Source of the DNA: an uncultured Rhodopirellula sp.
GTDB lineage: Bacteria > Planctomycetota > Planctomycetia > Pirellulales > Pirellulaceae
Direction: 5' to 3'
DNA: 35,837 nt
Assembly: GCA_964007735.1 (NCBI GenBank)
Contig: CAXGAI010000046.1
Span: 1 to 35,837, forward strand
The notes under the pieces were generated by a model. That model made no database searches and was not told the DNA's origin. It worked only from the letters and a program-made list of their open reading frames with translations. The stretch's first letter is position 1, and each line of letters begins with the position of its first letter. A program made the position numbers and the translations under genes. Of this stretch, positions 18,134 through 27,602 are shown one piece after another.

Positions 18134-19114
18134 CTAGATCTTATTGGTAGATGAACGTTTCATTAATATATAGAATACAACGCCAAAAAGCATCTCTGCA
18201 ACCAGCCAAGTCATTCTTAACAGCAAAGCCGAAACTGTTGCTACGACCACCCCGAAATTGGACGCCAGTAAGCTCAGGATAATATATTCCCGTACGCCAG
18301 CGCCGCCAGGAAGTAACGAAATGAATCCCGCAACCATTGCCAGGGCCACGCTCGCGGTAACTAATCCGCAATCGGATAAAGTCAGCGGTACGTCGAATAA
18401 AGTAATTGGTAACGCCGCTATACACGCATACATGCTTGCTCCCAGAAGCAACCAACCTAGACAGAGGAGGCACCAGGCTGGGAGCATGTTCTTGGTGGTA
18501 AGGTTCGTGATGTTTGTGCCGAGGCTGTCGTATTTGGTGGATCGAACTGTTATAAATCGGATCACATTACGAAAAACTGCAGGAATAGAGGGGATGCCTG
18601 CCAAGCCAGTCAGGCTGATACTAATCCAAAGCAGGACATCGTTGGTTTTGTAAATGCCCGTTACGATGATAATGAAACTTGCGAGGAGCGCGCCAACAGC
18701 CATCATTGCCAATGTTTCAACGAAGACTGCCGTAACCGCCGGCGCTAACGCCGTCCGCTCAGACCTCACGCGTTCACTACGGATAATGACCACTAAGGCT
18801 TTGCCTGGAACATATTTTCCCAGCTGACTGATGAAATAGGAGGCTACTGATTCAAGGAAACGAGGTGATTGTCCTAATATTCTCAACGAGATATGCCACA
18901 CGCTGGCAAAACAACAAAGGCCCAGCGTGTAAAGAACGCCCGCGATTAATAGGACTGGTATATTAAGCTTTGCAGCAGTTAGATCAAAATCAGAAAAGTC
19001 ATCTAGGGACCGCGAAATGGTGCGACCAATCATTAAGACTACCAATGCAAAGACGAACAGTTTTAGCAGCCGGATTAATGCGGGTTTACTTATTTGGTTG
19101 TTTTTTGCGCTCAT
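18134..19114 (-). CDS. Lysylphosphatidylglycerol-synthase TM / UPF0104 flippase-like membrane protein
   Basis: Motifs SQLGKYVPGK and LPGGAGVRE...ALLLR; about 8 TM segments. Confidence 0.85.
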   Translation of the reverse strand: MSAKNNQISKPALIRLLKLFVFALVVLMIGRTISRSLDDFSDFDLTAAKLNIPVLLIAGVLYTLGLCCFASVWHISLRILGQSPRFLESVASYFISQLGKYVPGKALVVIIRSERVRSERTALAPAVTAVFVETLAMMAVGALLASFIIIVTGIYKTNDVLLWISISLTGLAGIPSIPAVFRNVIRFITVRSTKYDSLGTNITNLTTKNMLPAWCLLCLGWLLLGASMYACIAALPITLFDVPLTLSDCGLVTASVALAMVAGFISLLPGGAGVREYIILSLLASNFGVVVATVSALLLRMTWLVAEMLFGVVFYILMKRSSTNKI

Positions 19115-19232
19115 GCTAAGCTAAAAGGTGTGAAGGGAATACGACGCGCGTAGTACTTGTGTGCTTTGCAAACGCCCGCGGTTTATTCTACCCCATTAAT
19201 ATTACGCTGACGTTAAAAGTGCTGAGGACATT

Positions 19233-20687
19233 ATGGAAACCAACAAATTGCGCCGGCTAATTTCGTTCTTGGTACTCTTGGCGATTATCGTTCTCATCGG
19301 TGTGCTGTTCTATCGGGTCATGGCGTCCTTCGTCTTACCATTATTCTTGGCCGCGGTACTAGTTGTGATTTTTTCACCGATGCATAGACGGATATTAAAA
19401 AGGTTTAACGGCAGAACCAATGTGGCAGCCGCGATGACAACGAGTATTGTAGGGGTAGTCGTGCTGTTGCCAATTATCATTGCGGGGACGTACGCGACGG
19501 TGGAAGGTAGTCGCGTGTTAAAAAACATTACTCCGGGTTATCTTGCTGAATCAATTGGTGATTTCCGAAAGGTTTTCAGACTAGAGATCCCCAACGAGGA
19601 AGCTATACGGAGCACTCAATCCTTAATTGAAGAACTCGTTGATGATACAGTATTGAAAGAAGATACAAACGCCATTAGCGGTATTCTGCGTCGGCTGAAT
19701 GAGAAAAAAACGAAAATCAAAGTCGCAGAGCAAAAAGTTTCTGTACAGAGGTCGTTTAGTAATTATTGCGATGTTCTCAAAAACCTTACAGATACTTCGA
19801 TAGAACTCGATATTTCAGAGATCCTCGATGGGGGGATAAAACTAAGGGAAGCTTTCGCGTTGTTTCGGACCGATTATTTGGGCGGAACTTTGAAAGAAGC
19901 CCTAATTGATACTGCCAACCCAAGTCCGCGTGAACTCACCGAAATATCAGACAACCTACTAAATAGTGAAAGTAGAAAACGAATCCTGCAGGCCGGTGCA
20001 AATACGGTTGGGTATTTTATCTCGCTCTTGGCCGGTATCGTTATCATGCTTATCGCGGTTTTCTTTTTTCTCGTTGATGGTCGAGGAATGATCCAGACGA
20101 TCCTTAAACTGTCACCATTAAAATCCGACTATGAGAAAATGCTAATAGACGAGTTCGTAAGCATAAGCCGGGCAGTGGTATTGGCGACAGTGTTATCTGC
20201 CCTGGCACAGGGGGTGCTTGCGGGAATTGGTTTTTGGATTGCCGGCCTGAATTCTATACTACTGTTAACATTTGCGGCTACGTTATTAGCGATGGTGCCA
20301 TTTGTTGGGGCAGCCGTCGTTTGGTTCCCCGCCGCGATTTGGCTGATTCTCTTTGCTGACAAGACGGGCTACGGCATCTTTCTACTCGTTTGGGGCCTTG
20401 GTCCGGTATCCCTCTCTGACAACATCATAAAACCTATGGTTCTACAGAACACCTCTAAACTGCATCCGATGTTTGCATTGCTGAGCGTAGTCGGCGGAGT
20501 GCAGGCTCTTGGGCCGATCGGTATTCTGACAGGTCCGATGGTGGTCGTTTTTCTTCAGACGCTTCTGAATATTTTGCATCGCGAATTGTCGACGATTGAC
20601 GGAGAAGAATTGGATAATCTGCTGGATAACTCACCACTCGATGACAGCCCAATCCTGTTGGAAACTCAGCCTGACACAGCGGAATAG
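19233..20687 (+). CDS. AI-2E (UPF0118/TqsA) family transporter with a large soluble insertion
   Basis: Motifs PLFLA, FFFLVDG, ALAQG, PFVGA, DNIIKP, LHP and GILTGP. Confidence 0.9.
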   Translation: METNKLRRLISFLVLLAIIVLIGVLFYRVMASFVLPLFLAAVLVVIFSPMHRRILKRFNGRTNVAAAMTTSIVGVVVLLPIIIAGTYATVEGSRVLKNITPGYLAESIGDFRKVFRLEIPNEEAIRSTQSLIEELVDDTVLKEDTNAISGILRRLNEKKTKIKVAEQKVSVQRSFSNYCDVLKNLTDTSIELDISEILDGGIKLREAFALFRTDYLGGTLKEALIDTANPSPRELTEISDNLLNSESRKRILQAGANTVGYFISLLAGIVIMLIAVFFFLVDGRGMIQTILKLSPLKSDYEKMLIDEFVSISRAVVLATVLSALAQGVLAGIGFWIAGLNSILLLTFAATLLAMVPFVGAAVVWFPAAIWLILFADKTGYGIFLLVWGLGPVSLSDNIIKPMVLQNTSKLHPMFALLSVVGGVQALGPIGILTGPMVVVFLQTLLNILHRELSTIDGEELDNLLDNSPLDDSPILLETQPDTAE

Positions 20688-20699
20688 AACACGATCGAC

Positions 20700-21479
20700 T
20701 CAGGTTCTCCAGCGTTGAATCACATGGAACACTAAGAAACAATTTAGTGTTATGGAGAATAGAAGTGGTAGCAATAACGTCAACGAGGCCGAATCAACGG
20801 CCGCATCAGGCGATGGCGATTTGGGCTTGCTGGCTTTGCCACTGGTCGATGCCAAAGCAATAAATTCATCTTGATGAGTTTTGATAAGATCAGGCGGAGT
20901 CTTTGAACTGCCATCCGTCTGGTCTAGATCATTCGACTCCGACTGTGATGCACCTGATGGCGATGGATTTGGAATAGTCGTGTCAGTTGCTGATTCTTCG
21001 GGGATGAGGATGAAGCTCGTCGCGGATTTCACCAAATCGTCGTTGGTTAAATCAGAGGGATCCGTCTTTTGTGTTTGAGGATCGAACGCTGGTATCAGTT
21101 CGGCACTCGGTAGTGTTTTGGCGGCTTTATGCGATTGATTAGTGCGTAAGTTAGGAAATGCGAATACTTCCGGTTCTAGGTTTATCTCAGCCGATATTAT
21201 AGATTCGGTGGACTCAGGGACAATGGACTGATCCGGAATTAACGAAGGTGGTGAAAATTCTCTGTTTTCTTCTTGGCTTTCACCAACAATTTCTATTTTT
21301 ATTCTCCGGAGATCAGAGTGTTCAGCAGGAATCGTACTGCTTACGGTAAATCCATTCACTAATTCTTGGGCGATTGCTTCTTCGATACGGATGACATAGG
21401 TTAACTCGCCATCGATGTCGGTGACCTGATAGTCTACGCCTAGAAGGCTGGTGGCCAAAAGGAAAGCAACGGAATTCAT
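20700..21479 (-). CDS. Hypothetical exported protein with small N-terminal domain, acidic Pro/Ser-rich linker and C-terminal TM anchor
   Basis: MNSVAFLLATSLLGVDY...LTYVIRIEE, a long low-complexity region, then LTLLLPLLFSITLNCFLVFHVIQRWR; AAGGA RBS. Confidence 0.75.
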   Translation of the reverse strand: MNSVAFLLATSLLGVDYQVTDIDGELTYVIRIEEAIAQELVNGFTVSSTIPAEHSDLRRIKIEIVGESQEENREFSPPSLIPDQSIVPESTESIISAEINLEPEVFAFPNLRTNQSHKAAKTLPSAELIPAFDPQTQKTDPSDLTNDDLVKSATSFILIPEESATDTTIPNPSPSGASQSESNDLDQTDGSSKTPPDLIKTHQDEFIALASTSGKASKPKSPSPDAAVDSASLTLLLPLLFSITLNCFLVFHVIQRWRT

Positions 21480-21512
21480 GTCATGTCCTTATTGCAAGAA
21501 GTTTTGCCGTCA

Positions 21513-24500
21513 TCAAGCGGCAAGATCACGGTCAGTTGGTTTTTCATTGAATGGGTCTGTGCTGCCGTCGTAAGTATCAGGGACATCCTCAGAATGAGCG
21601 ATTTCGCTAGACTCGGCTTCAGCTACTTCGGTTTCGGAGGGGACACTTGATGGTGAAGGAATTTGCTTTGAACTTTGATGGCTCGGTGGTTCATACACAT
21701 AGGCGAGTTTTGGCAGGTGTGGAGCTCTGATTTCGGAAGGCCTCTCGATCGGACGAATGTCCGCGCCGATGTCTTCGAATAGTGCTGCAATATGAGCATG
21801 ACATGTGAAAAAAAGTACTTGTCCCACTTCAACGGAAAAGCGTTTGATAGCGTTAACAGCATTTCTCAATCTGGACAAGTCAAAATTTACGAACACATCA
21901 TCAAGGATAAGTGGTAGAGCAACACCGTCTTGTTGATAGGATCGTACTAATGCGAGCCTCAGGCTGAGATAGACTGATTCGCGTGTGCCACGACTTAAGG
22001 TTTCGATAAGCCAGGATTGGCCCTGTGCGTCGTCGACGTATAGGAGATCTTCTCCAAGTGGAGTCCAGAGGCGGACGTACCGACCCGACGTGATTTCTTC
22101 CAGCCATTGACTTGCGTCCCTCAGGGTCTCAGGCTGCCGTTGGGTTTCATAAATGGTTCGCACACGTTGGCTAATATCTTCACAGGTAGCCCAGACTCTC
22201 CAGCATTCCTCCAGCTTATGGATTTGTGCGTCCACAGCCGCGCTCTGAAACCTCAAACGCGCTAAGAGTTCATCATGCCCAAGTTCATTGGATTCTGCTC
22301 TTAGCCGCCCAAGTGTTTCATGAGTGTTATTGATAAGTTGATTGGTATTATCTAACGCCGAATCAGTTTCCCCCCATCGGCTCTCGACTTCGTCTAGCGG
22401 CAACTCCGCCAGTTCCATGATCGATGCAAGCGGAATGCCTGCCTTCCTCGCGGAGTCCTGAAGAGACTGCTCGAATTCCTCGTGTTGGGAGTAGCTCTCT
22501 CGCCATTTAGTAATCGTTCTATACAATTGGTCCAAGCCGCGAAGATCTTTAACACCAACGCTCGCATATTGGTTAATTAAATCCCTCGTCAAGGCAGCCA
22601 TTTTGCTAAAGCATTTAGATAACTGTTTGCTTGTTACGTCAATCTCGGCGTCTAGTTCACATTGATCTTCACGATACCGTTGTTGCCGTGATGTTATGGA
22701 GGCGAGAGTTTCCAGCTTTTCTTTCAGGCACAAGGTGTCGGTATTTCCAGGCATTTCGCGTAATAGCACATTTAAACGCTCCTCCAATTCTGCTAGTTCC
22801 GTTTTATGCCTTAGTTGTAGTGACTGTTGGTCGAGTTGCTTGAGTTGGGTATTATGGAAGTCGTCAACACGTTTAACCGCTTCATATAATTCAGCGGGGG
22901 TTAACACCGCTTGAATGCCCGCCTGCCGCAAATGGTCGATCCAATCCGCCTGGGACTCGTCGACTAACATGGATAAATTGCTGATTCGGTCCCTGCTGGT
23001 TTCAAGAGAAATCCTGAGTCGCTCAATTGACGCAGCCTGCTTTTTCAGATTGCTAAGTTGTGCAAGTGTATTAAGCGAAATTTGAAGTTCGGTCTGGATT
23101 TCGTCAATCAGTTTCCGCGGATCTGCATGCGGTGTGCGGCTTCGTTGAAATTCCTTCGCTCGAGCTTCCAACTCTGTTCGCCGTCGGCGCTTGATTGCGT
23201 CCTGGTATTGACCAAAGACACCACCGGCGACCGCAGTGAGTCCCAATAGAGCGCAAAAGATCGCCGCGCCCGTTGAGAGACCAAAGGTGGCAGGGAATAA
23301 TAATCCCATGCCGAGTAACGAACCGCCTGTCGAAAAAACAATAGCGCAAAACAATAAGTTGCCAAGCTCACGGCCAGTGGGCTTATCCTCCGATTGCGGA
23401 AGACTTAAGCTAACATCACCTTCTCTGTGATTAAGGCGGACACGTAAATCTTTAATGTTTCGTTTGCAGGCTGCGTACTCATCGGCGATAGCAATCACCG
23501 GACTGGCAATATTCGGAGCACTTTCCACGTTATCCCAGTTGGGGTCTTCTAGCCAAGATCTTTCAGCCGTTGAGATCCTTTGTTGTAACTCCTGTGTTTC
23601 CGTTACCGCTTTTTCAAGGCGTTGTTTAGCGGCCTTGAGTCGCCTGGCCGGGTACCTTAATTTCTTGAGTAGTCGTTGGTCGAGCAACTGAATGTCCACG
23701 TCAGTTGCCAATAATGTGCCCGCGTTAACGTCGGACGTCGTTCGTTGGGCTGCAGGTGCGGATTCGTATTCCCCTAGCTGACGTTGCATGGAGCTAATCC
23801 AGGGTACCATTTCGGTGAATGCGCGGATACGGAGCCAAAGATCCTGGGAAATGATGTGTTTCTCTAACGCGGCACGCTCCTCTTTTAAGACGAGTAGCCG
23901 TCGATCGTGCGCTTTTATTTGTGTTCCGAGTCGTTCGCTCTCACGGGCAGATTGCAAAATTTGATCAAGTCGGCGGAAAGTGTCTTCATTGGATAAAGTG
24001 CCCGCGTGCTGATTATTTGTGAGCCAATCCTCCAATCGTTTCACGCCTTTAATGGTTTCATAAACCCTCAAAGATAATTCCAACGTACTGAGTTCGGTCC
24101 TGAGAGTGTCGCGCCGGGATTGCAGGTCAGCAAGTACCGCTTCGGTCGAATGGATGGTATTTTGGCACGCTATCCACTCGTTTAGTTGCGACGTCGCAAG
24201 ATCATGCTTCGTTTTGACTTTTTCTTTAGTCTCACGGAGCAGGGTTAATTCCCCATTACCCTGGTGATCGAGGATTGCAGTTTTATTCTTCGAGATCCGA
24301 CGTAAAATCGCTCCCAGAGAGACTCGGTCGAATCCGGTCGTCATGTCGTATAAAAAGTCCGCAGCCTCAGTATCGTTTAATTGGTGTAGCTGGCGTAGTT
24401 CTCCAAGGCCAACCGTAAACACATTATTGAATATATCGGGACCAAGGCCGCCAAGTAGGTCGCGATTTAGAGTTGAGGCGGGGTACAGTTGAGAATTAAT

Positions 24501-24788
24501 CGTTACTTCTAACGACATTTCCGCTCCGTACTGTCTACGTATATCCCAATGGTTACCCTCGGTGTCGATACAAAGTATGCTACCGCCGGGTGCTACTTCC
24601 CTGACGGTTTGTAAAGATCGTAGGTCGCTTGCATTCGGCCCAAAAAGGGTATCCCGGATGAAATCCATCGTCGTCGTCTTTCCCGCCTCGTTTGGTCCGA
24701 AGATGACAACAATTTCTGTACTAATATCTGGAAAGGAGAGCTCCTGACATACTCCAAAATTATCGATCTTGATATCCGTCAGTTTCAC
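21513..24788 (-). CDS. YhaN/SbcE-like SMC/Rad50-family ATPase (AAA_27 type) with central TM hairpin
   Basis: Walker A GPNEAGKTT, long coiled coils, signature LSRGTRE, Walker B/D-loop LILDDVFVNFD and H-loop FTCH; two hydrophobic helices at about 23210-23360. Confidence 0.9.
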   Translation of the reverse strand: MKLTDIKIDNFGVCQELSFPDISTEIVVIFGPNEAGKTTTMDFIRDTLFGPNASDLRSLQTVREVAPGGSILCIDTEGNHWDIRRQYGAEMSLEVTINSQLYPASTLNRDLLGGLGPDIFNNVFTVGLGELRQLHQLNDTEAADFLYDMTTGFDRVSLGAILRRISKNKTAILDHQGNGELTLLRETKEKVKTKHDLATSQLNEWIACQNTIHSTEAVLADLQSRRDTLRTELSTLELSLRVYETIKGVKRLEDWLTNNQHAGTLSNEDTFRRLDQILQSARESERLGTQIKAHDRRLLVLKEERAALEKHIISQDLWLRIRAFTEMVPWISSMQRQLGEYESAPAAQRTTSDVNAGTLLATDVDIQLLDQRLLKKLRYPARRLKAAKQRLEKAVTETQELQQRISTAERSWLEDPNWDNVESAPNIASPVIAIADEYAACKRNIKDLRVRLNHREGDVSLSLPQSEDKPTGRELGNLLFCAIVFSTGGSLLGMGLLFPATFGLSTGAAIFCALLGLTAVAGGVFGQYQDAIKRRRRTELEARAKEFQRSRTPHADPRKLIDEIQTELQISLNTLAQLSNLKKQAASIERLRISLETSRDRISNLSMLVDESQADWIDHLRQAGIQAVLTPAELYEAVKRVDDFHNTQLKQLDQQSLQLRHKTELAELEERLNVLLREMPGNTDTLCLKEKLETLASITSRQQRYREDQCELDAEIDVTSKQLSKCFSKMAALTRDLINQYASVGVKDLRGLDQLYRTITKWRESYSQHEEFEQSLQDSARKAGIPLASIMELAELPLDEVESRWGETDSALDNTNQLINNTHETLGRLRAESNELGHDELLARLRFQSAAVDAQIHKLEECWRVWATCEDISQRVRTIYETQRQPETLRDASQWLEEITSGRYVRLWTPLGEDLLYVDDAQGQSWLIETLSRGTRESVYLSLRLALVRSYQQDGVALPLILDDVFVNFDLSRLRNAVNAIKRFSVEVGQVLFFTCHAHIAALFEDIGADIRPIERPSEIRAPHLPKLAYVYEPPSHQSSKQIPSPSSVPSETEVAEAESSEIAHSEDVPDTYDGSTDPFNEKPTDRDLAA

Positions 24789-25996
24789 TACGCCGCATCC
24801 TTATCTTGACGGCCAAGTAGATGCTTGCCGAGACTTTCGGCAGATAGGATCGTTCGGAGTCCAGACAGATCGTCGTGTAGTCTTGTCCAGTCGGCTTCAG
24901 GCTGATCCGGTATCTTTAAAGCCAGATTCAAAGTATCCCACCCTCGTTCCTTTAATTCGGATGTTACAAATAAGAATTCCCCCAAGATCTCTTCTTCAAA
25001 GCAGCGGGTGTCGGAGTCCACGTGCAAGGGAGACAGACGACTTAAAATCAGTCCTGGGGAGACTTCTGTCATGGAGCGTTGTAAGTGTTTGCGGAAGTCA
25101 TCGTAATGCTCAACAAAAGGTAGGCTGTGAAGGTTGCAATTTGAGTTCACTAATATTAGTTCAATGACGTAAATAATACTTTTGTCAAAAGTTCGCGAAG
25201 CTAATTGTTCCTTAGCCACCGTAGCAAGCGACTCTGCAGTATCTACCTCAGAAGCATCTATTGAAATTGACTCGTATTCCACCTTGGAAGTGTTTATAAA
25301 CTGACAATCAATTTCGCCACTAAGCGAGTATTCCAGCAGCGCGGCGCCGTGAGGCCCCGTTTCTTCTAGAGACCGTCCTTGTGGGCTACCCGCGTTATAA
25401 ACTTGCAGCGGCTCATTTTGCGAGGAAACACCATAGGGCTTACCGGACAGAAGCCAATTGTTCAGATTCGCCGGAATTGGTTCGTCGTCGCCAATCAATC
25501 CGTAACCGACACCAAAAACAACGCCATTGAGCTCCAGACCCTCGAACCATGAAAAAGAAATTGGCTGCGAAGACGTTAGCTCTATCCCCACGAAAGTAAC
25601 TGGATCCTTGTCCGTAACGTCAAGTGTGATGGTTTGAGGAGTATCTCCTATAATCTGGTGGACATTGCTCGGCCATTTAAAGCACCTTGGCCATTGGTTC
25701 CTGCGGTCATGCCAACTCCAATTCCAAATTACCGGGATCTCCGCCCGTTCCAAGCGTTCCAACTGCTGGGATAAGAAGACAAAATCGGCTGGACCAGCGA
25801 GTAAGGGGTTGAGTGTATTTCCGCCGACTACCATGATGTCTATCGTTTCGCCAATGGCGAAATCGACTATGCGTTCTACGCTCTCTATTGAAGAATTTGA
25901 CAATGAAGACGTCAGATTCTCCGGATAGTAGGCTATTCCCTGACAAGGGAAATTAAGCCGCCAATCGCCGGTATGTAGAATCCGTAACGAGTCCAT
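24788..25996 (-). CDS. YhaO/SbcD-like metallophosphoesterase-fold protein with degenerate active site
   Basis: RILHTGDWRL, VVGGNTL, LERLERAEIPVIW and YNAGSPQGRSLEETGPHGA (typical YhaO C-terminal motif). Start at ATG 25996 with GGGAGG RBS; stop overlaps the ATPase GTG start. Confidence 0.85.
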   Translation of the reverse strand: MDSLRILHTGDWRLNFPCQGIAYYPENLTSSLSNSSIESVERIVDFAIGETIDIMVVGGNTLNPLLAGPADFVFLSQQLERLERAEIPVIWNWSWHDRRNQWPRCFKWPSNVHQIIGDTPQTITLDVTDKDPVTFVGIELTSSQPISFSWFEGLELNGVVFGVGYGLIGDDEPIPANLNNWLLSGKPYGVSSQNEPLQVYNAGSPQGRSLEETGPHGAALLEYSLSGEIDCQFINTSKVEYESISIDASEVDTAESLATVAKEQLASRTFDKSIIYVIELILVNSNCNLHSLPFVEHYDDFRKHLQRSMTEVSPGLILSRLSPLHVDSDTRCFEEEILGEFLFVTSELKERGWDTLNLALKIPDQPEADWTRLHDDLSGLRTILSAESLGKHLLGRQDKDAA

Positions 25997-26067
25997 AGTC
26001 TGATGAGCCTCCCATCGGAGAAGGTGCTGTGTTCGCAAAATGTTAGACGCGGAATAATATCGGTCGA

Positions 26068-26095
26068 ATTTTACTAGATTTGCCGATCTGAGCAA
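26068..26095 (-). promoter_or_regulatory. Putative sigma70 promoter for the yhaO/yhaN-like genes
   Basis: TTGCTC-16 nt-TAAAAT on the minus strand in the intergenic gap. Confidence 0.4.
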
Positions 26096-26103
26096 ACGCC
26101 GAT

Positions 26104-26976
26104 TTAAGGGGTTTTGTCGAGATTGCCAATTGCACGCTGATACCGCTCGGCATTGGTAAGAGAAGGTGGTTTCGGGTCTTGGAGTGAAATTACATAACGA
26201 GTCAAATTAGCTAATTGTTGGTCGTCTAGAGTAACGCTAGCAGGCATTTTTGTCCCGTTAATACCGAGTTTAATCACCCGTGCTATGTCGGTCGCTGACG
26301 CACCGTGCTTGTACGGCTCGTAGACAAGATCGCGTGCAAAGGTGGGAAACCCGTACTCCCCAATAAGATCAATTCCGTAGCTTCCGCGGCCGTCTTTACC
26401 GTGGCATTTGTGGCAGTTCTGTTGAAAGTATAGCTGTCGTCCCAGGGTGAGGGCATTCTCACCTGGCACAGATAACGCAAATTGCCATTGTTCGTCGGAT
26501 TGGGTTTCTCGTTGAACGTATTTAGAGAGTTCGTCCTTCTGTTGGTTTGTCAATTTCTGGGGATTAGGTGCCTGTAAATCTCCAGTGGTGACCAACAAAT
26601 CGAAGTATCGTTTCATGGCTCCATAACGCCGGAACTCAAGAACGTCGCTCACCAAAGTATCGATTTGCGGGTCTGTCAAAGTGCTCCACCCCCCCATTGA
26701 CCCGTTGGGGATTCCTTTTCGTATGACATGTTCTATATCTTCACGGGAGGCTACGCGGTTTATGTTCGTAGAGTATTGAAGAGGGTGATCTGTAAGACTG
26801 CGAGGTTTTGGATAAAGAAATCGCGCTGCTTTACCCAGTCCATCCCCACTGTCGCCATGACATGACGCACAGAAGTTTAGATAGGAGCGACTAGGTGAGG
26901 GGGGGCGCAGATTCTCTGCACTTGCCTGAGTGGCTAATAGAGCGAACAACAAGTAAGTAAGTAGCAGCTGTTTCAT
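26104..26976 (-). CDS. Exported diheme c-type cytochrome
   Basis: Signal peptide; CASCHG and CHKCHG heme motifs, each followed by a Met-ligand motif (GIPNGSM, GINGTKMP). Confidence 0.92.
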   Translation of the reverse strand: MKQLLLTYLLFALLATQASAENLRPPSPSRSYLNFCASCHGDSGDGLGKAARFLYPKPRSLTDHPLQYSTNINRVASREDIEHVIRKGIPNGSMGGWSTLTDPQIDTLVSDVLEFRRYGAMKRYFDLLVTTGDLQAPNPQKLTNQQKDELSKYVQRETQSDEQWQFALSVPGENALTLGRQLYFQQNCHKCHGKDGRGSYGIDLIGEYGFPTFARDLVYEPYKHGASATDIARVIKLGINGTKMPASVTLDDQQLANLTRYVISLQDPKPPSLTNAERYQRAIGNLDKTP

Positions 26977-27602
26977 TAGGCGTTTTCGGAAGAATCGTCT
27001 CGGAGAAGAGCAAGTAATTTAGTTGATGTTTGAGTGCCAGCACAATAACGGTTTCTGAATCGGTAAGTCGGAACAGAATAGACGCCGTGAGCCTTCGCTG
27101 TCTCCCAATCCCTTCGAACACTGGCCTTTAAGTCAGCATCGTTGATCATTTTATAAGCAGACCAATGATTTGGCGAAAGATCGTTCAGAAGACGTTGCAA
27201 AACCTCGGGGCAACCAATGTCTTCACCTTCCCCAAAGTAAGCATTAAAAACGGAGTCTTGAAACGCCTCGAATTTACCAACTTTAGCCAACCCTTTGCCA
27301 ATAACCTGTGAATTAAAGCTATTGTAGGAATGTGTGCGCGTTTTATATTTAAGCCCCAGTTCTAAAGCACGCCCCCGAATCTCCAATTGTCGACGATCAA
27401 TATCTCCTTCGTATCCGCCAAATAAATCGTATAAACTGATACCGCCTGGTGGAATATTGGGATGCAGTGGAAACATGATGTACCGTGTTCTAAAGGTAAT
27501 TGTTTCCTGTGAGTGCTTTAAGTGCGCCGCGCCAAGATAACACCAAGGGCAAATAAAGTCGGTATAAACAACCAATTCTCTTGGTGTTTGCGGGCTATTC
27601 AT
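26976..27602 (-). CDS. DsbA-family (FrnE-like) thiol oxidoreductase
   Basis: Motifs VYTDFICPWCYLG, FPLHP, AYFGEGEDIG and cis-Pro GVYSVPTY. Start reassigned to ATG 27602, overlapping the upstream stop by 8 nt. Confidence 0.9.
   Translation of the reverse strand: MNSPQTPRELVVYTDFICPWCYLGAAHLKHSQETITFRTRYIMFPLHPNIPPGGISLYDLFGGYEGDIDRRQLEIRGRALELGLKYKTRTHSYNSFNSQVIGKGLAKVGKFEAFQDSVFNAYFGEGEDIGCPEVLQRLLNDLSPNHWSAYKMINDADLKASVRRDWETAKAHGVYSVPTYRFRNRYCAGTQTSTKLLALLRDDSSENA

Noticed and set aside
21513..25996. Interpreting the ATPase plus nuclease-like pair as an anti-phage defence island (Wadjet/Lamassu-like)
   Set aside because: The motifs fit the YhaN/YhaO family, no kleisin/KITE or effector genes are adjacent, and the neighbourhood is housekeeping-like with no mobility genes.
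27520..27570. Possible selenocysteine in the FrnE-like DsbA
   Set aside because: The active site is plain CPWC with no in-frame TGA.
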